This document shows positions 60,638 through 64,000 of a stretch of DNA of 64,000 bases, piece after piece. The notes below the pieces were generated by a model, which saw nothing but the letters and a program-made list of their open reading frames with translations, did no database searches and was not told the DNA's origin. This stretch comes from Laetmonice hystrix (Eukaryota), in the NCBI GenBank assembly GCA_965235115.1, contig OZ249438.1:28892001-28956000 (forward strand), in the 5' to 3' direction. The position numbers and the translations under genes are program-made. Each line of letters begins with the position of its first letter. The first letter of the stretch is position 1.

Positions 60638-63453
60638 CTACAAATCGACCGAAGAAACCCGGTTTTATTCCGTGATTGCCACACTGCAGAACTGTTGGGT
60701 CAATATTGGTAATGTGTGGCAGCGTTTCCAATACACACCAAGATGACAAGGCGATTTGGGGTTAAATGTCGGCCTCACACTTGAACTGCTCGATAAGGTA
60801 CATAGACTTTTTCTTCATGACCCAATAAGTGTAAGGTTTATGTTTTACGAAGTAATCTATTCTTATCTTCCACATCAAAATATCAACAATATTTGAAAAG
60901 GAACGTCAAGGGCATTAATGCGAACATGTTCTCGAGACATCGGCAAATAGAACCAAAAGGTATAGGCCTACACTGCTGAAATATATTTACGTAGGCCTAC
61001 AAGGATGGTGGTAATGGAATATGACCAAGTTGAAAAAGAATGTCTGTTGGAACGGCCAGACCATACAGGCCGATAATCTGATATCATTAGCCTGAATTTG
61101 ATGAAAGTTATGTAATTTTATGAATGAAATAGTTGTAAAAACCAAGAACGTCAAACCAACATGGATAGGCTGGGGCTGATTGGTTGATTTATACTGATTG
61201 TCAACAGATCTGCACGTGATGGCACGCTAGTAGATAAATACAACTCCGCAAAACTGGCCTCAATTTCCAGTTAATTGAAGTCGAATGTAGATCTAGCCAT
61301 CAGGTGATGAAAATACGTGAGGCGCGTACAGGGCGCCAGCGAGGTTCTCTACCGTAGGTGGACCTCGCTGAGTGTTGATTCCAAGCCCACCATGTGGTTA
61401 CAATCGGCGCCCCACCCGGAAGCCCCACCCCCAGCCCCGCCCTCCGCGGAGGTCGAACGGTTTGAAGTCGGCCGACACCGGTGTGCGTACACCGTCAACG
61501 TGAGACTACGTCACGTCATGACTGCTGAGGTAGCTAATCGGCGACGACCATCTATGGTCCAGGTGGCGCCACTGGAGCTCGCAGCGTCCAGCAGCCGACC
61601 TGAGCAGTTAGTGAATGAGACAAGGCACTCGACACGAGAACCGACGTAAAACGCCCTTTAATGTGGTTCACCTACATGCCTATCAATAATAAAGTCAACA
61701 TGGATGCAGTCATATGATTAGAACTCTGTTTGAAACCAGTTGAGAACCATCTGGAATCATGGCTCGCGCAAGTTACGAGTCTGCCTAGTGTGCTCAACTC
61801 CGCCACTCCATGCAACAGGTCATATTCAAAAACTCACAAATCCGTGCTGATCAAGTGCCCTTCGATGTTTCTTATAGATCAGTTGTGGATGCTGGGTTAG
61901 TAAGTCTACATTTCTTTCCGCTTCTAAAACTCTAGATAAGAGCGGCGGCGTATAGGAGTCGGCGTCCTTATTTAAACATGATGGGCCGACATGATATGGT
62001 CGTCAGAACTGTCATCGCTAGGTCGGAATGTAGGTAAGAATGATCGGCCTGCCTGCGTACACCTGCGCTAGAGTACTCCATAGGATGGAGACTCCAGGTG
62101 GTCTCCAGTGTGGAGGGATGGGGTCGGGTAACGACCTCCAGGCCAGGCGAGGTCGCTAGAACGCCGCCGGGCTACCTTCAAAGGTCGGTGAAGACACGTG
62201 CCCGGAGGGTCTCTCCCGCCAACCCGCGACCACATAAACCCGGGACCCGCCTCCAGCCCTGATTGCCGCTATCTTACTGACAATTAATCTAATAAATATA
62301 AACACCTGAGGAAGGCCTGTTGGCAGAAGATTTCACATAGTATTAGTGGCAGCTATATTTTACTGCCACTGGTGGGAAATCACTGGCGGGTAGACCTCTA
62401 TGTTGGCACATGCAGGTTTTCGTTTCTCTTTCTTCATTTTGTGGAGTTTTGTCTGATCCCATGGAGAACCATTTAAATGGTGAATGTTTTGTTTTCTGAG
62501 TATCTCTACTCTACAGGAGAAGGCGAGCGAGAACGTATTCTGAACCCAACTTTTAACCGTTTATCAGTATAAAAAAAAGTTCTAATCAAGTCGTACATTC
62601 CAACAGACATCGGTCCCGAGACCTCGACCTTATTCCAATGTCAATCGTACGCCTGGCCACGAGTGTATCTCGTACTTGAAGCAGCCTGACTCCATGACAA
62701 ACACCCAACAGCTCCCTCAGCCCCCCAACCACCCGCAAACCCGAGTTCCCAACACATCTGGTTCGGGCCGTACCCAGAATTCTGCTGCTATAGAATATGC
62801 ATGCTGCTCCTATTATTGACAGCTGGGGGTCCCGGCCCTCTCCATGACTTCCACCAGGACCTGCTCCATCACTCGAGTTAATTTCTCTCAGGTGTGCCAG
62901 TATTAAAGAGCTAACGTTAGCATCAGGTCGTCTCAAGTGCTGTTACCCACGCTACATTGTCCTTAATGCACTCCACACTCTATTTACGTTGACAGGTCGA
63001 TAACCTGACGGCGTACCCGTGCTAGGATAAGTTTTGTTTACCGGTCAGTCCAACACACCCTTTGCAACTACTGCACAGATTCTGAACATCTCTGTATTCA
63101 GGGGGTCTACACCCACTGGCGATGGGCCCTATACATACAAATGGCAAGCCAAGGGAGAGAGAGTTGCATGTAAAAGAACCCTTGCCACTTATCAAAATGA
63201 GTATATATAGTGTGTTGAATTGTTTTCTTTATCGCCAACACAGGGCAAGGAAGTGCAGAACATTATGGGAAAACGGATATATGGAATTGTATGCCAGGAG
63301 TAGGAGTCCGGGAGGTCCAATATGGTTGTCATGCATAGATCTATAGCCTAATGGGAGAAGATCTAGGACGTGCTTTGATTGTATTTTAGCTATGTGCCTT
63401 GTCCTTTCTTCAACTGAAAAAAGGGCGAATGTTAGACCAGGAAAGTCGCTCTA

Positions 63454-63653
63454 AGGGCAGGCTCACACTGAGAATTTCCCCGGGGTAATACCCGGGTCAC
63501 TGGTGGTGAGTTGTATGTAAAGATACCAGCTCACCACCACTGACCCATGTATTACGCCGGGCTAGTGGTGGTGATCTGTATGTGACGATACCAGCTTGCA
63601 CCACCACTCTCCCGGGTATTACCCGGGGTAAAACCTCAGTATGAACCTGCCCT
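63454..63653. mobile_element. 200-bp PIF/Harbinger-like MITE with two internal hairpins
   Basis: About 43-bp TIR (AGGGCAGG.TCA.ACTGAG...GGGTAATACCCGGG, 6 mismatches); flanks TAA/TGA if the termini are taken as GGGC. Confidence 0.7.
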
Positions 63654-64000
63654 GATAGATCGAGTGTAAAATCGCCTCGGCTGGTGGTAGGTCACGTGAT
63701 CCATGGGGCGCGTGTCCTCCACTAGGGATGACGCTGGCCAACACGTGCCGAGCTACACGTCACACAACACAGACCGGCCAACCCTCCCCACGCCTCTCGG
63801 CGGTGAATGGTCTAACTGGATTGAAATAAAGAAATATCCCCTGTCACGCCGCCTGCTTGTAGTAGATCATGTAAACCATGTCGTGTTTCCAACCAACCAT
63901 GTGTCATGTTTACTTTGAAACCTTGTCTCAGTATATTTTACCTCGTATCTAAGGCACCATCTGTATATGGAAGGCAACTACATTGTGGTTATGCCTGCAC

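Noticed and set aside
61300-63900. Candidates for the missing 5' exons of the M28B gene (e.g. near 61600, 61850, 62100, 63815)
   Set aside because: No frame-consistent chain with a convincing family motif could be built.

Overview
Repeat-rich eukaryotic DNA, most likely from a bilaterian invertebrate (inferred from gene content and GT-AG introns). Three protein-coding loci are supported. (1) A large minus-strand exon (24499-26479) encodes an unrecognised, probably secreted, acidic Ser/Thr-rich glycoprotein. (2) An intronless 825-aa plus-strand ORF (41358-43835) joins a SWAP70/DEF6-type N-terminus and PH domain to three EF-hands and a C-terminal ureidoglycolate-lyase-like cupin. (3) A minus-strand gene of the GCPII/NAALADase/transferrin-receptor (peptidase M28B) family, hand-assembled from 16 frame-consistent exons (60637 to 49118; 5' exons not located). 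It has lost the catalytic Glu and two Zn ligands, in a pattern resembling the transferrin receptor. About 25 tandem arrays cover roughly 17.5 kb (about 27%) and account for most long ORFs in the track. Many array units contain hairpins, and one array is built from the gene's own splice acceptor. Five MITEs, decayed LINE fragments and CTCF-like motifs complete the picture. No rRNA, tRNA or CRISPR array was seen. All alignments to known proteins were made by eye from memory and need computational confirmation.
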